Shown: one piece after another, positions 20,125 to 34,010 of the stretch
How the letters are laid out: each line of letters begins with the position of its first letter
Numbering within the stretch: the stretch's first letter is position 1
Origin: Sphyrna mokarran
Lineage: Eukaryota
DNA: 64,000 nt
Direction of reading: 5' to 3'
NCBI GenBank assembly: GCA_024679065.1
Contig: JAGIQG010000009.1
Coordinates: forward strand, 81,282,001-81,346,000
Program-made: the position numbers and the translations under genes
Notes under the pieces: generated by a model
Told to the model about the DNA's origin: nothing
Database searches by the model: none
The model's input: the letters and a program-made list of their open reading frames with translations, nothing else

Positions 20125-21914
20125 CTGAAAGAGAAGAGAAGGAATTTTAATCACTGCCATTTTCAGACTTTCAACATCCCGAATATTAACTGGGATCAAA
20201 TCAGTGTCAATGATTTGATGTTGCAGAATTCTGAAAATCCATTCGAGGGGAACGTTTTTAACCAGTACGGAACAATCCCAACAAGAGAAGGGTCAGTTTT
20301 AGCAGTTTTAGAGAATGAAACTCAGCATGTGGAAGGTGTATCAGTGAGAGAGCATTTGGGTAATAATGATCATAATAGATTTAGAGTAGCTCCGGAAAAG
20401 GGGAAAGATCGATCAAGAGTAAACGTTTTAAATGGGAAAAGGCCAATTTCACTAAACTGGAATTTGCCAAAATGGAAAGGAAACAGTGACTTGAAGGTAA
20501 ATCAGTGTCAGAGCAGTGGGAGGATATTCGAGCTGGAGATAGAGTTCAGGACATATATGTTCATCAAGCAAAAGTGTGGGACATTGCAAAGAGAATAACT
20601 AAGGATTAAATAGGGCTGATTAGAGAGCGAAAAGGTAACTTGTGTGTGGAAGGACAAAGTTGACATTGTGGTTCAGGAGAGGAGGGATTGTGAAATAATT
20701 AATGGGATAATGATGGTGAGCGAGGAGGTATTAATGTGTTTATCACCTTTTAAAATGGAGAAATTCCCAGGGCCGGGTGAAATGTATCCCAGGATGTGAA
20801 GGGAAGAACAGGAAGAAATAACAGAGACTCTGACCATTATTTTCCAATCCTCTCTGTGTACAGGTGTGGTATGGGTGGACTGGAGGATAGATCACGCTTT
20901 TTAAAAGTAAAAGCTGATGGAATCCAAGGGAAAGTGGCACATTCGAATTCAAATTAGTTCCGTGTCTGAAGGTAAAGGTTTGATTTGAAGCTGGTACAAT
21001 CATTTTGCAATCTTACTGAAACTGTGATGAAGATTACTGCAAATTCAGCACTGAAATGGTTAATTTTGAGAGTATTTAAAGACACAGTGTCCTTTAAGAG
21101 ACTGTTAGCCAATCAGGAAGCTGGAACTATTGCTCAGTCTGTCTGGGGGAAACAGGTTGAGCATCAACAAACCTCAGATCACACACAGATCAGGAGAACT
21201 TTATCCCAGAACATTGGAGCAGACTAGGATCAACACACTTCACACAGGATTCCCATTGGCTGGTGTAGAAGCTTCTAGATTTCATTTCAAACCTTACTGC
21301 CCAGCACTGGGCTGAGGTCAAGGGTGAGGCTAGAATTAGTCTCAGTGTCCAGGGGTCAGACAGGGTCACTGCTCCGAATGACTCCATGAACTCTGGAGGG
21401 TGCTTTCATGTTATCAATTGGAGAAAGTCAGGATCAGGAATCTCCAACCTCACAGACAGAATTACATTTCTATAGCACCTGTCACCACCTCAGAATGTCT
21501 CAATGTGTTTTACAGCTCATTGTGCACAGCAAGATCCCAGGGAGCAGAGTGAGAAAGAACAGATAAGCAGATTTGTAGTGATATTGATTGAGGGATGAAT
21601 ATTGACCAGTTCACCGGGGTGAACTCCACTGCTCTTCTTCCAATAGTACCATGGGATCTTTTACACCCCCTGAGAGGGCAGATATCAGATTGTCTCATCT
21701 GAAAGATGGGAGGTCTGTAGTTTAGAGGGGGGGATATGACAGGTACTGGCCCTTTCCCCATGAAGATTTTGGAAGTGGATGGGGAAAGTGGGAGGTGAAC
21801 TAGAGAAACATCTTTGTTGCTGCTGAAACTCTTGCTATATGTTCAGTCACATCTAATAAACACACAGACACATCAGACAAACATCAGTCTGTTTCTGTGG
21901 ATTCTCTGCTGCTT

Positions 21915-23310
21915 TCAGTTCAATGAAGAGTGCAGGAGGACATGCCAGGAGCAACAACAGACAGACTGAAAAATGAGGTGTTAACCTGGTGAAGCTACAA
22001 CACAGAGACTGTGTGCCAAACAGCAGAAGCAGCAAGTGATAGACAGAGTTAAACCATCCCACAACCAGTGGATCAGATCTAAGCTCTGCAGTCCTGCCAC
22101 ATCCAGCCGTGAATGGTGGTGGGCAATTAAACAACTCACTGGAGGAGGAGGCACCACAAATATTCCCATTCTCAATGATGGAGGAACCCAACACATCAGT
22201 GCAAAACATAAGGCTGAAGCATTTGCGGGAATCTTCAGCCAGAAGTGCCGAGTGGATGATCCATCTCGACCTTCCCTGGAGGCCCTGAAGACTTGTGCTC
22301 CAGAACTTCCCGTGTCCCTGACCAAGCTGTTCCTGTACATCTACAACACTGTCTTCAACACAACGTTGTGATAAATTACCCAGTTATGAACTGTGCACAA
22401 AAAACAGGACAAATCCAATCTACACAATAACCACATCATCAGTCTACTCTCGATCATCAGCAATGTGATCTGAACATATCCAGAGCGATACCAAGCAGCA
22501 CTTACTCAGCAATAATCTGCTCACTGACACTCAGTTTGTGTTTCCACCAGGATCACTCAGCTCCTGATCTCATTACAGCCTTGGTTCAAACATGGACAAA
22601 AAAGCTGAACTCCAGAGGTGAGGTGAGAGAGACTGTCCTTAACATCAAGGCAGCATTTCAGCAAGTGTGGCATCAAGGAGCCCTCACAAAACTGGAGCCA
22701 ATAGGAATCAGGGGAAAACTCTCTACTGGTTGGAGTTGTACCCGGCACAAAGGAAGATGGTTGTTGTTTGGGGTTTAACTCTACAATCTATATTAATGAG
22801 CTGGATGAAGGGAATGAGAGGAATGTCACTAAACTTGCTGATGATAAAATGAAAAATAGAAATGCATGTTGTGAGGAGGATACAGAGTCTGAAAAGGGAT
22901 AGAGATAGGTTCAGTGAATGGGGAAACATTGACAGATGGAGAATAATGTGGGAAAATGTGAGGTTGTCCACTTTGGCAGGAGAATAGAGCAGAATACTAG
23001 TTAACTGGAGAAATTCTATCGAGTGATCTGGGTGTCTTTGCATCCAGGAACAGAAAAATATTAGGAAGACAAATGGGATGTTGCTCTTCATTCCAATGAG
23101 GATGAGTATAAAAGGAGGGATGTTTTACTACAGCACATTGGGAAAATCACACTGAGAATATTGTGGACACTTAGGGTCTCCTTACTTCAGGAAAGATATA
23201 GTAGAATTGGAAAGAGTTCAGAGATGGTTCACTGGGCTGATTCCACCGAGTAAGGGATTGTCTTATGAGGAAAGCTTGAGCAGGTTGGGCCGATACTCAT
23301 TGGAGTAGAA
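21915..23310 (+). mobile_element. Degenerate LINE fragments (two families) in the J-C intron
   Basis: KLCSPATSSREWWWAIKQLTGGGG…, DLITALVQTWTK…NIKAAFQQVWH, followed by decayed CR1 RT; paralog 55310-56690. Confidence 0.8.
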
Positions 23311-23777
23311 CTTATTCCATCATCTCAGCACCATCTTCACCAGGGCAATTAGGGATGGGTGATAAATACTGGTCTGCAGAGAATCACAGGAAATAGGAAC
23401 AGGAATAGGCCATTTGGCCCTTTGAGTCTGTTCCACTATTCATCATGGTCATGGCTGATCATCCAATCAGTAGCCAGTTCTTGCCTTCCCATCAAATTAT
23501 TTCATCCTTTTCATTCCAAGAGATAAATCTAACTCCTTCTTGGAAACGTACAATATTTTGTCCTCACCTGCTTTCTGTGACAGTGAATTCCACAGGTTAC
23601 CCCTCACTGGATGAAGGAATTTCTCTTCACCTCAGTCCTGAAAGGTTTATCCCACATTCTCAGACTATAATACCTCAAACTGGACGCTCCCAGAATTGGG
23701 AACATGCTTCCGATATCTCTTCTGACTAGTCGTGTTGGAATTTTGTCGGTTTTTATGTGATCCCCCTCATTCTTCTG

Positions 23778-24075
23778 TGGCGGCAGAATGGTGACACAGT
23801 GGTTGGCACTGCTGACTCACAGTGCCAGGGACCCAGGTTCAATTACCAGCTTGGCTCTCTGTCTGTGTGGAGTTTGCACATTCTCCCCATGTCTGCACAC
23901 GTTTCCTCCAGGTACTACAGTTTCCTCCCACAGTCCAAAAGGTGTGTGCAGGTTCGGTGAATTGGCCAAGTTAAATTCTCTGACAGAATAGACACCGGAA
24001 TGTGGCCACGTGGCTATTTTCTCAGTGACTTCATTGCAGTGTGAATGTAAGCCTACTTGTGACTAATAAATAAAG
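23778..24075 (+). mobile_element. tRNA-derived V-SINE (HE1-like)
   Basis: ggcagaatggtgacacagtggttggcactgctgactcacagtgccagggacccaggttcaatt head; conserved body; aataaataaa tail. Confidence 0.85.
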
Positions 24076-25305
24076 TTAGAAAAATACCAATGCAATCTCT
24101 CCTCCTACATCAATCCCACTATCACAGAAATCATTCCAGTAAACATTTACTGCACTTCCTCTGTTGCAAAAGCATCCTTTCTCAGATAAGGAGATAAAAC
24201 TGTACACATTATTCCCAGTGTGGTCTCACCAAGGCCCTGTATAACTGCAGAAAGACAGAAGTACAAGGGCCAGGGATAGGGTAGATATGAGGAAACTTTT
24301 CCCCTTAATCACAGAGGCAGCAGATTCTGAGGGAATTGAGGGAAATCTTTTCACCCAGAGGGTGCTGGGAATCTGGAACTCACTGCCTGAAAGGATGGTG
24401 GAGGTGGGAACCTTCACAACATTTAGGAAGCATTTTGATGAGCACTTGAAATTCCAAAGCAAACAAAGCAACGGGCCAAATGCTGGAAAATGGGATTAGA
24501 ATCGATAGATGCTTAATGGCGGGCAGAGACATGGACAATAGAATCTCTAAAGTGCAGACGGAGACCATTCAGCCCATCGAGTCTGCATCAACTCTTATCC
24601 CAGAAACCCCATGTATTTACCTCACTCTTCCCCCTAACCTGTTCGAATTTTATAATTCTCCATGAGATATTTCCTCATTCCTCTGAACTCCAGTGAATAT
24701 AAGTCTTAACCACTCAATCTCTCCTCATACATCTGTCCCATTATAACAGGAATCAGTCTGGGATATTTCTCTACACTCCCTCTAGAGCAAAAATATCCTT
24801 CCTGAGAAAGGGAGACCAAAACTGTGCACAATATTCCCAGTGCTGCCTCACCAAAGCCCTGTGTAACTGCAGCAGGTCAGAATTATGAAGACATAGAACA
24901 GATACGAAGGAACTTTTCCCCTTTTAGCAGCAGATTCAAAAACCAGGGAGCATAGATTTAATTTCAGAAGCAGAAGATTTTGAGGGATTGGAGGAAAACC
25001 TTTTCATTCAGAGGGTGTTGGGAATCTGGAACTCACTGCATGAAAGGGTACTAGAGGCAGGAACCCTCACAACATTTAAGAAATATTTAGATGAGCATTT
25101 GGAATTCCAAAGCATACAAGGCTATGAATCAAGTGTTGGAAAATGTGATTAGAATAGAACATAGTTAGGAGCTTGATGGCCAGCAGAGACAGGATGGGCT
25201 GAAGGGCTTCTTTCTGTGCTGTAAATTTCTATGACACTCTGACTGAGTCAAGATGTAAATGATGAGAATGTAAAATTACTATTTTCTGGAAAATTCTGAT
25301 GTGCA

Positions 25306-25510
25306 TAGAACATAGAACATTATAGTGCAGTACAGCCCCTTCGGCCCTTGATGTTATGCTGACCAATGAAACCAATCTAATGACCCTCTAACCTAAACTA
25401 TTCCAATATTATTCCTATGCTGATCCACTGACCATTTGAATGCTTTTAAAATTGGCGAGTGCAGAACTGCTGCAGGCAGGGCATTCCAGGTCCTCACTAT
25501 CCTCTGAGTA
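25306..25510 (-). mobile_element. Short CR1 3' fragment, cluster-2-specific
   Basis: (AGAACAT)n tail and CR1 3' UTR; absent from the cluster-1 and cluster-3 introns. Confidence 0.75.
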
Positions 25511-26592
25511 ATTGCGAAAATCTGCAGGTTAGATGGATTGGCCATGCTAAATTGACACTTGCGTGTTCTTTAGGTGGGTTAGCAATAGTAAATGTGCAGG
25601 GTTACAGGGAGCCTGGGTAAGAAGCTCTTTTGGAGAATTGGGTGAAAAGATTTCCCTCACGTCTCTCAAAATCTGCTGCCTCTGTGATTAACGGGAAAAG
25701 TTTCCTCATATCTACCCTATCTCTGTCTCTCGTAATTCTGTCGATGGACTGAATATCCTCCTCCTGCACTGTAGGGATTCAATGGCTAATAAAAAACTAC
25801 ACAGACTGTGTAAGATTTCCCCCGTGAAGGGATCCATTTTAAATGAACCCTGTTGTGACCAATCGGCAGGATTCCAGCTGATTATTCCTCACCCAGAGGA
25901 AAACAAAATTAGGATCCAGTTCAGGAAGTTAACAAATGAGGGACCCTGTCTGAGAACTGGTCACAGCAAGATCCCACACACAACAATGAGAACAATCAGC
26001 ATTTTCAGTGACATTGGATGTGGAAAAAATTTTGGATTGAACTCATCCCAAAGAGAAGGTAATAGAGTCTCCCCAAAAGCCTGGAACCCTGAAGCCACTG
26101 GATTGTGAGCCCTGCTGTGGCTGTTTGTCATCAGAACTTCAGCAAGAGACAAGCAGGGAGTGGAGAGAACAGAGTGAAAGCTGGGGCAGGTGGCACCTCG
26201 GTGTCTCACTGTGCTGCTGCTGTGGTCAGTTATATCAGAGAGTGAGACAGAGAGTTCAACTTCACATCAAACTCTGCCTGTGTGTGTCACACTGAGACCG
26301 ACAGGAGTCTAAAGAGTGATTTCACTTCATGCTGCAGGAATGTGAACACAGTCTGCAAACATCCAGATCTCCTCCACACGGTGGGTAAAAGCTGCTTACT
26401 GAAATCTTGCTGTTTAAAGGGGGGAATGGAAGGAAAGAAATACAGCTGGACTCCCTGTTCTACACAATCTTCTTCAATCAACCATTTCATTGACTGCAGT
26501 TTCCTCACTAACACCTTCAACTATTCAGTATTTGCGTTTGAGAAAGTTTCAGCATTGAAAGGGTTAATAACGGAGGATTGGGCTTTACTTAC

Positions 26593-26627
26593 TCAGTCTG
26601 AGTTTGGTTCCTTTAGCAAACGTAAGA
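26593..26627 (-). CDS. IGKJ: Ig kappa-type J segment, cluster 2 (LTFAKGTKLRL)
   Basis: Identical to J1; GTAAGT donor; adjacent 23-RSS. Confidence 0.95.
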
Positions 26628-26666
26628 CACACTGACAGTTTCCAGTGCAGGAGCTGTACAAAAACC
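26628..26666 (+). promoter_or_regulatory. Recombination signal sequence, 23-bp spacer (J2)
   Basis: CACACTG 26628-26634, 23 nt, ACAAAAACC 26658-26666. Confidence 0.96.
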
Positions 26667-26957
26667 TCCGTCTCTCTGACTCACTCACTCATCTCTTTCT
26701 CTCTCACCCTATCTCTCTCACACTTTCGCGCTCACTCTTTCTCTCTCTCTCTCTGTTTCCCTGAATGTCTCTGTATTTTGTTCTAAGTGTTGAGAATTCT
26801 AATTTGAGATGATAAATATTTCAGCTGCTCTTCATATGTGAACATGGAGAGTAAGAGGGAAATTCGAGGCTTTCAGCGAGCAGTGGATACCACAGGGATT
26901 GGAGTGTGTAGTGGACAGTGCAAATAATTTGCCCCGCTTCCTTTCTTGTGTTTATTA

Positions 26958-27132
26958 ATTATTATATAAAACTGTGGGATGTGTCAATGCAGGAGGTGGG
27001 ACTGTGTGTCCATTGTTATATATTATATAAAACTGTGGGATGTGTCAGTACAGGAGGTGGGACTGTGTGTCCATTATTATATATTATATGAAACTGTGGG
27101 ATGTGTCAGTACAGGAGGTGGGACTGTGTGTG
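26958..27132. repeat. 61-bp minisatellite between J2 and V2 (about 3 units)
   Basis: Same unit as 2768-3340. Confidence 0.93.
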
Positions 27133-27136
27133 TTGG

Positions 27137-27164
27137 GGTTTTTGTAAGGCTCTGTATCACTGTG
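27137..27164 (-). promoter_or_regulatory. Recombination signal sequence, 12-bp spacer (V2)
   Basis: CACAGTG-ATACAGAGCCTT-ACAAAAACC on the minus strand. Confidence 0.98.
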
Positions 27165-27462
27165 TAGGAGTAGCTGCTCCATTGCTGACAGTAATAATCA
27201 GCGACATCCTCATTCTGAACATTGCTGATTGTCAGGGTGAATCTTGTCCCAGATCCACTGCCGCTGAATCGGTCGGATACCCCTGATGCAGTATTTGATG
27301 CACGATAGATCAGCAGAGCCGGTTTCTGTCCTTCTCGCTGTTGATACCAACCCACATAGCTGCTAACAGATTGACTGGCCGTACAGGTGATGGTGGCGGT
27401 CTGGCCCAGGCTCACTGACAGCACCGCGGGAGTCTGGGTCAAGATGATCTCTCCATTGATAC
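27165..27462 (-). CDS. IGKV: Ig kappa-type V exon, cluster 2 (…[17 protein letters not shown]…[11 protein letters not shown])
   Basis: Intact V domain; AG acceptor at 27463-27464; 12-RSS. Confidence 0.97.
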
Positions 27463-27648
27463 CTGAGGGGTAATAGAGAAACAGAGTGAAGTCAGAACTG
27501 TCACAGAAAGAGGCTGTACAATGAGATATTGTTGGAGACACTGACTGTTCCTCTCCTTTCAGCATTTTCCCTTCAATCACAAGTCAGGAGAATTGGATTG
27601 AAATGGAGAGCAGGAAAATATTGAAGGTGGAAAGAGAGAGATTAGTAC

Positions 27649-27697
27649 CTGCGATGCAGAATGCCAGAGGCCAGAGCAGCTGGATGGCTGAAATCAT
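27649..27697 (-). CDS. IGKV: Leader exon of V2, MISAIQLLWPLAFCIA
   Basis: ATG at 27697; GT donor at 27648-27647; identical to the V1 leader. Confidence 0.93.
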
Positions 27698-27757
27698 GGT
27701 GTGTGCTCGTGTCCCTGTGCCTGGTTACTGATAAACTCTCCCTTCACTGGGCTCTGC

Positions 27758-27855
27758 TTTATAAAGCTGCAGCCTGTGAGAGTCTCACTGCCTGTTCCTC
27801 AGTTTGTAAATGGTCTGACCCAGAGAAACCACGTCAGCACCTTTCACTTCCTCTT
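27758..27855 (-). promoter_or_regulatory. V2 promoter (TATA, degenerate octamer, TGACGTGG, EICE)
   Basis: Same motifs as the V1 promoter; TGACGTGG 27829-27836; GGAAGTGAAA 27842-27851. Confidence 0.75.
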
Positions 27856-28259
27856 CTTCTTTCTCCAGAGTGTCTGAGGGACAGAGACTGAGGGACAGAA
27901 ACTGAGGTACAGTGACCCTCAGTCTCTGTCCCTGAGACTTGTCCCTCAGATTCTCTCTCTCATTCTCTCGATATCTCGACCTTCACTCGCTGTCTCTCTC
28001 TCTCTCTCATTCTCAGTCTTTCTCTGTCGATATCTGTCCCTCAGTCTCTGTCTCCGTCGCTTTATTGATATCTCTCCCTCCATTGCTGTCTCTTTCACTC
28101 CATTAATCTCTGTTTCTATCCCCCACCCTCTCACTGTCTCTGTTTCTTGTCCTTCCTGCCTCACATTATTTGTTTCCCCTCTCATTCACTCTTTCTTTTT
28201 CTCTCCTTATTCTCCCTCCCTCTATTCCTCAGTTTTTCCTTCACTTTATCTCATAGAGT

Positions 28260-30000
28260 CATTGAGGTTTACAGCAAGGAAACAGGCCCTTCAGCCCCAC
28301 TTGTCCATGCTGCCCTTTTTTTAAACTCTTTACTCCAGTTGCTGCATTTGGCCCATATCCATCGATACCCATCTTACCCCTGTGACTGCCGAAATGCTTT
28401 TTAAAAGACAAAATTGTACCTGCCTCTGTTACTATCTTTGGCAACTTGTTCCAGACACTCACCACCCTCTGTGTGAAAACATTGCCTATTTGGACACTTT
28501 TATATCTCTCCCCGACTCGCTTTAAACATCTGTCCTCCAGTTTTAGAATCCCCAACTTTGAGAAAAAATATTGATTGTCATGTTGACCTATGTCCCTCAT
28601 TACATTATAAACCTCTTTAAGGTCACCCTTCAGTTTTCCGCACTCCAGACAAAAAAGTCCCAGTCGATCCAGCCTCTCCTGATAACCCAAACCATCAAGT
28701 CCGTAGCATTCTAGTCTTTTCTGCACTCTTTCTAATTTAATAATTTTTTTCTATAACAGAATGACCAGAACTGTACACAGTATTCCAAATGTGCTTTACC
28801 AACGTCTTGTACAACTCCAACATAATGTTCTGATTCCGATATTTCATGTTCTGACTAATGAAAGAAAGCATGCCGAATGCCTTCTTTGACCATCTGTGAG
28901 TACACCTTCAAGGAGCAATGAACATTTACCCCTCAACCTTTTTGTTCTGTAACTCTTCCCAGTGCCCCACCAGTAACTAAGTAAGTCCTGCCTTGGTTCA
29001 ATCTACCAAAATACATCACCTTGCATTTATCAAAATTAAACTGCAGCTATCATTTGTCAGCCCACTCGTCCAATTTCTGTTGCAATCGGAGATAACTTTC
29101 TTCACTGTCCACTATGCCACCAGTCTTAGTGTCATCTGCAAACATATTAACCATATCTCCTATATTCTCATCCAAATCATTAATATAAACGACAAATCAC
29201 ATTGACCAAGCATCGATCCTTGTGGCACGTCGCTCTTTCTCTTTGTTCCTCTGTATTCTCACTTCACTCTGCCCCAGAAGAGGCGCCATCCTCCTGGTAT
29301 CCACTCTGTCAGTCCCCTCACAATCTGATATGGTTCAATAAGATCACCTCTCATTCTTTTAAACTCCAGTGGATTCAGGCCCAACCTGTCCAACTTTTCT
29401 TCAAATGATAACCCCTCACCCTTCAATCTGTTGAGTGAATCTTCTCCAAACTGCTTCAGACACAATGATATCCTTTTTCAAACAAGAAGACCTAAACTAC
29501 TACATGCAGTATTCCAGATGTCATCTCAGCAAGACCCTGGGCAGTAAAACTTCCCTATTTATATATTCCATTCTCCTTGTAATAAACACCAACATTCCAT
29601 TTGTCTTCCTAATCACTTGCTGTAGCTGCAGACTAACTTGTTGTGATTCATGTCCCAGGACAGCCAGATCCCTCTGTAGCACCATGTTGTGCAATCTCTC
29701 TCCATTTCAATAGTTTACTGCTTTTCTATTCTTCCTGCCAAAGCAGACACCTTCACATCTACCCAGGTTGTAGTCCAAGTGTTTAGCCACTTCCCCTGTC
29801 TCTATCCCTTTGCAGACTCTCCACCTTGTCTTGATAACTTACTTTTGCACCAATCTTAGTGTCATTGGGACATTAGTTCCATTCATTCCCTTCATCCAAG
29901 TCATTGATATGGATTGTGAATAGTTGTGGTCCCAGCATTGATTGTTACAGAAATCCCCTAATTACAGCTTTCAAACCCCAAACAATCATTTATCCCTCTC
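28260..30000 (-). mobile_element. Nested degenerate CR1-type LINE fragments
   Basis: ORF 28259-28726 (YQERLDRLGLF…FTQRVVSVWNKLP) and broken RT pieces. Confidence 0.85.
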
Positions 30001-30051
30001 TCATATGTACAATAGAAAGAAACTGCTCCATATCGACCATGATGTCCATGT

Positions 30052-30243
30052 CCCACTGGACCCTCCAATAGGGACCAGTAAACATGGGCCTTCTTCCCAC
30101 TGGAGCCTCCAATAGGGACCAGTAAACATGGGCCTCCTCCCACTGGAGCCTCCAATAGGGACCAGTAAACATGGGCCTCCTTCCCACTGGAGCCTCCAAT
30201 AGGGACCAGTAAACATGGGCCTCCTTCCCATTGGAGCCTCCAG
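30052..30243. repeat. 44-bp minisatellite (about 4.4 units)
   Basis: Paralog of 6489-6724 with one fewer unit. Confidence 0.93.
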
Positions 30244-31029
30244 CAGCTGAGCTTCAAACTCATCCTCTGCATCACATCGGCCTCTTACTTCCACATCATT
30301 ATCCGTCTGTACACTATATCATTCCCTTAAGCACAGTAACCCTTATCCCTGCATGTCCCACCTACTAACTCTATTATTCTGATATCCTTTCCCAACTCCC
30401 TCATCCATATCCATAAACCCCAACTTGTCCCAAATGCTTGTCCCAAGTGGGTCCAGACTCTGTCTCACACCAAGTGTCGTTCCAGCACCACTCCTGATCT
30501 CGATTATCTAGCCCTGACCTCACTGACCTGTTACCTCTGATCTCAATGCCCTCCAATTCCCTCCATGGCCTCACTCCACCCTACCCCTGTGTCCTGCTCC
30601 AGATTCACATTTCTTCCTCACCTTCCATCTGCTGATTCTGCTCCCTGGCCCATCGCTGCTCCCTTCATCCCACCATTGACAGCAGAGTCTTCAGATACCC
30701 AGGTCCTGCTTTCTGTCCTCCCATCCTTAATCCCTCCTCCTCTCCAAATCTTTCTCCCCATCAAATTCTTTCACCCCAGCCTTCAATCTCTCTTCCTAAA
30801 CGACCCCTAGCCTCTCCTCCATTCCTCTTATGCTGCTCTGTGAAACGTAATGCGCTATGTTGTACACTACGGTGCTACATAAATTCAGGTTCTGTGTGGG
30901 TTTTGGTTGGGGACAGAATTAGACACAGTGGTGAGGGCTCTTGCAGTCAAATATCCTGCTGACAGGATCCAGACTTCAACACACAGAATGGGACATTGTG
31001 TAAAGTAGGAATTATTAAAAATGTATTCA

Positions 31030-34010
31030 TTGACGGGATGTGGGTGTCACTGGCTGTCCCAACATTTATTGCCCATCTCTAATTGTCCTTGCGAAGGTGG
31101 TGATGAACTGCCTTCTTGAACTGCTGCAGTCCATGAGGTGTACACACACCCACAGTGCTGTTAGGGATGGATTTCCAGGATTCTGACCCAGTGACAGTGC
31201 ATGAACAGAGATGTATTTCCATTTCAGAATGGCATGTAGCTTGGAAGGGAATCTCCTGGTGATGTTGATCCCAGGGATCTGCTACACTTGTCTTTCCAGA
31301 TGATAGTGGTCATGGGTTTTGAAGGTGCTGCTCAGGAACCTTAGTGAGTTCATGCAGAGCATCTTATAGATGGCACACACTGCTGCCACTGTTCAACAGT
31401 GGTGGAGGGATTTAATGTTTGTGAATGGGGTGCCAATCGAGTGGGGCTGCTTTATTCTGGATGATGTTGAGCTTCTTGAGTGTTGCTGGAGCTCTACTCA
31501 TCCAGACAAGTGGAGAGTATTCCATCACACTCCAGACTTGTGCCTTGGAGATGGTGGAGAGGCTTTGGAGAGTCAGGATGTGAGTTACTCGCTGCAGGAT
31601 TCCTATCCACTGACCTTCTCTTGTAGCCACAGTATTTATAGGCTGGTCCAGTTAAGTCTCTGGTCAATCATAACCAACAGGATTTTACAGTGGGGGATTC
31701 AGTGATGATAATGACATTGAATGTCAAGGAGAGATGTTAAAATTCTCTCTTGTTGGAGAGGGTGATTCCGTGGTACTGATGTGGCATGAATGTTACTGCT
31801 TCAATATCTGAGGAGTTGTGAATGGTGCTGAGCATTGTGCAATCATCAGTGAACATCCCACTTCTGAAGGTCATTACTGAAGCAGCTGAAGATGGTTGTG
31901 TCTCAGACACGAGCCTGAGGATCTCCTGCAGTGATGTCCCAAAGCAATCTCCAAGTTTGGTGGCGTTTAAGAGATTAGTAGATAAGTTTATGGATGAAAG
32001 AGGAATGGTTTAGGTTAGAGGGTCACTGCTTGTTCCTAATTGGTCGGCGCAACATCGAAGGCCAAAGGGCCTGTTCTGCGCTGTAATGTTCTATGTTCTA
32101 ATCTTAGATTGAAATTCGCTAACCACAACCATTTTTTCATCATATTGGGTGGTACGGTGACACACTTGTTAACACGACTGCCTCACAGCGCCAAGGATCT
32201 GGGTTCAATTCTTGGCAATGGTCACTGTCTGTGTGGCGTTCTCCTTCTCTCCCTGTGTCTGTTTGGGTTTCCTCCGGGTGTTCTGGTTTCCTCCCACAGT
32301 CCAAAAGACCTGCTGGACTGTGCATTCGTCACGCTAAATTGTCCCTCAGTGTATCTGAACAGGTGCCGGAGTGTGGTGACTAAGAGATTTTCCTGGTAAC
32401 TTCATTGCTGTGTTAATGTAAGTGTACTTGTGACACTAATACTTACACTTAAACTTAATAGTCCAATAACCACAACCAATTTCGTTTATACTGGGTATGA
32501 TTTCAGCATGCGGAGAGTTTTCTCCTGATTCCCATTGGCCCAAGTTTTGTTAAGGCTCCTTGACACCATACTCAAATGCTGCCTTGTTGTCAAGGACAGC
32601 CTCTCTCACCTCACCTCTGGAATTCAAATCTTTTGTCCATGTTCGAACCAAGGTTGTAATGAGGTCAGGAACTGAGTGACTCTGGCGGAAACCAAACTGA
32701 GTGTCATTGAGCAGGTTATTGCTAGTAAGTGCCACTTGATAGAACTGTCAACAATTTAAATCAATTTACTGCTGATTGAATATGGTTTGATGGAGCAGTA
32801 AGTGGCCAGGATAGATTTATCCTGTTTTTTAATGTACAGGACATATCTGGGTAATTTTCCACATTGCCAGATAAATGCCAGTGTTGTAGCTGTACTGGAA
32901 CAGCTTGGCTAAGGGTGCGACAAGTTCTGGAGTGCAAGTCTTCAGGACTATTGCTGGATTGCTGTCAGGAGACAAAGTCTTTGTAGTACCCAATTGTAAA
33001 TGTATCAGCATTTATTAAATTTTGCAGTGATGTGTGGGGCTCCTCCATCATTGAGAATGGAGATATTTGTGGAACCTCCTCCTCCAGTGATTTGTTTAAT
33101 TGTCCGTCACCATTCACGGCTGGATGTGGCAGGATTACAGAACCTTGATCTGACCCATTAATGGTGGGATGGTTTATCTCTATCAATCACTTGCTGCTTC
33201 TGGTCCTGTGTTGAAGCTTCACCAGATTAACACCTCATTTTTCAGTTTATTTGCTGTTGCTCCTGCCATGCCCTCCTGCACTCTTCATTGAACCAGGGTT
33301 GATCCCCTGGCTTGGTGGTAATGGTAGAGTGGGGGATACGCTGGACCATGAGATTGAGGTCCACATTGTGGTTAAGTACAATTCTGCTGCTGCTGATGGC
33401 CCAGAGCACCTCACGGATGCCCAGTTTTGAGTTACTAGATCTGTTTGAAATGTACCCCATTTAACACGGCGGTAGTGCCACACAACATGATGGGGGATAT
33501 CCTCAATGTGAAGATGGGATTTTATCTACACAAGAACTGTGCGGTGATCACTTCCACTGATACTGCCATGGACAGATCCATCTGCAGCAGGCAGGTTGGT
33601 GAGGATGAGGTCAAGTATGTTTCTCCCTCTTGTTGGTTCCCTCCCCACCTGCTGCAGTCCCAGTCTCGCGGCGATGTCCTTTAGGACCCAGCCAGCTCGG
33701 TGTGTGGTGGAGCTACCGAGTAACTCTTGGTGATGGACATTGAAATTCCCCACCCAGAGTACATTCTGTGTCCTTCCCACCCTCAGTGCTTCCTCCAAGT
33801 GATGTTCAACATGGAGGAGAACTGATTCATCAGCTGAGGGGGGGGGACGGTATGTGGTAATCAAAGGAGGTTTCCTTGTCTGTGTTTGACATGGTACCGA
33901 GAGACTACATGGAGTCTGGAATGTTGTTGAGGATTCCCAGGATAACTCCCTCCTGACTGTATCCCTCTGTGCCTTCTGTGCTGGGAGATTGGAGGTAGTG
34001 AACACGGTTC
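31030..34010 (-). mobile_element. Degenerate non-LTR retrotransposon (APE + RT remnants) carrying a nested CR1 3' piece (31948-32100) and a SINE
   Basis: YRPP…VGNFNVHHQELLGS…PTRGRNILDLILTN…SDH (APE endonuclease); DQPWFNEECRRA; QFGFRQSHS. Confidence 0.8.
32149..32450 (+). mobile_element. tRNA-derived V-SINE (HE1-like)
   Basis: tRNA-like head and conserved body, as at 23778. Confidence 0.8.

Noticed and set aside
23778-23860. tRNA genes
   Set aside because: The tRNA-like A/B boxes are SINE heads followed by a SINE body; there is no complete cloverleaf.
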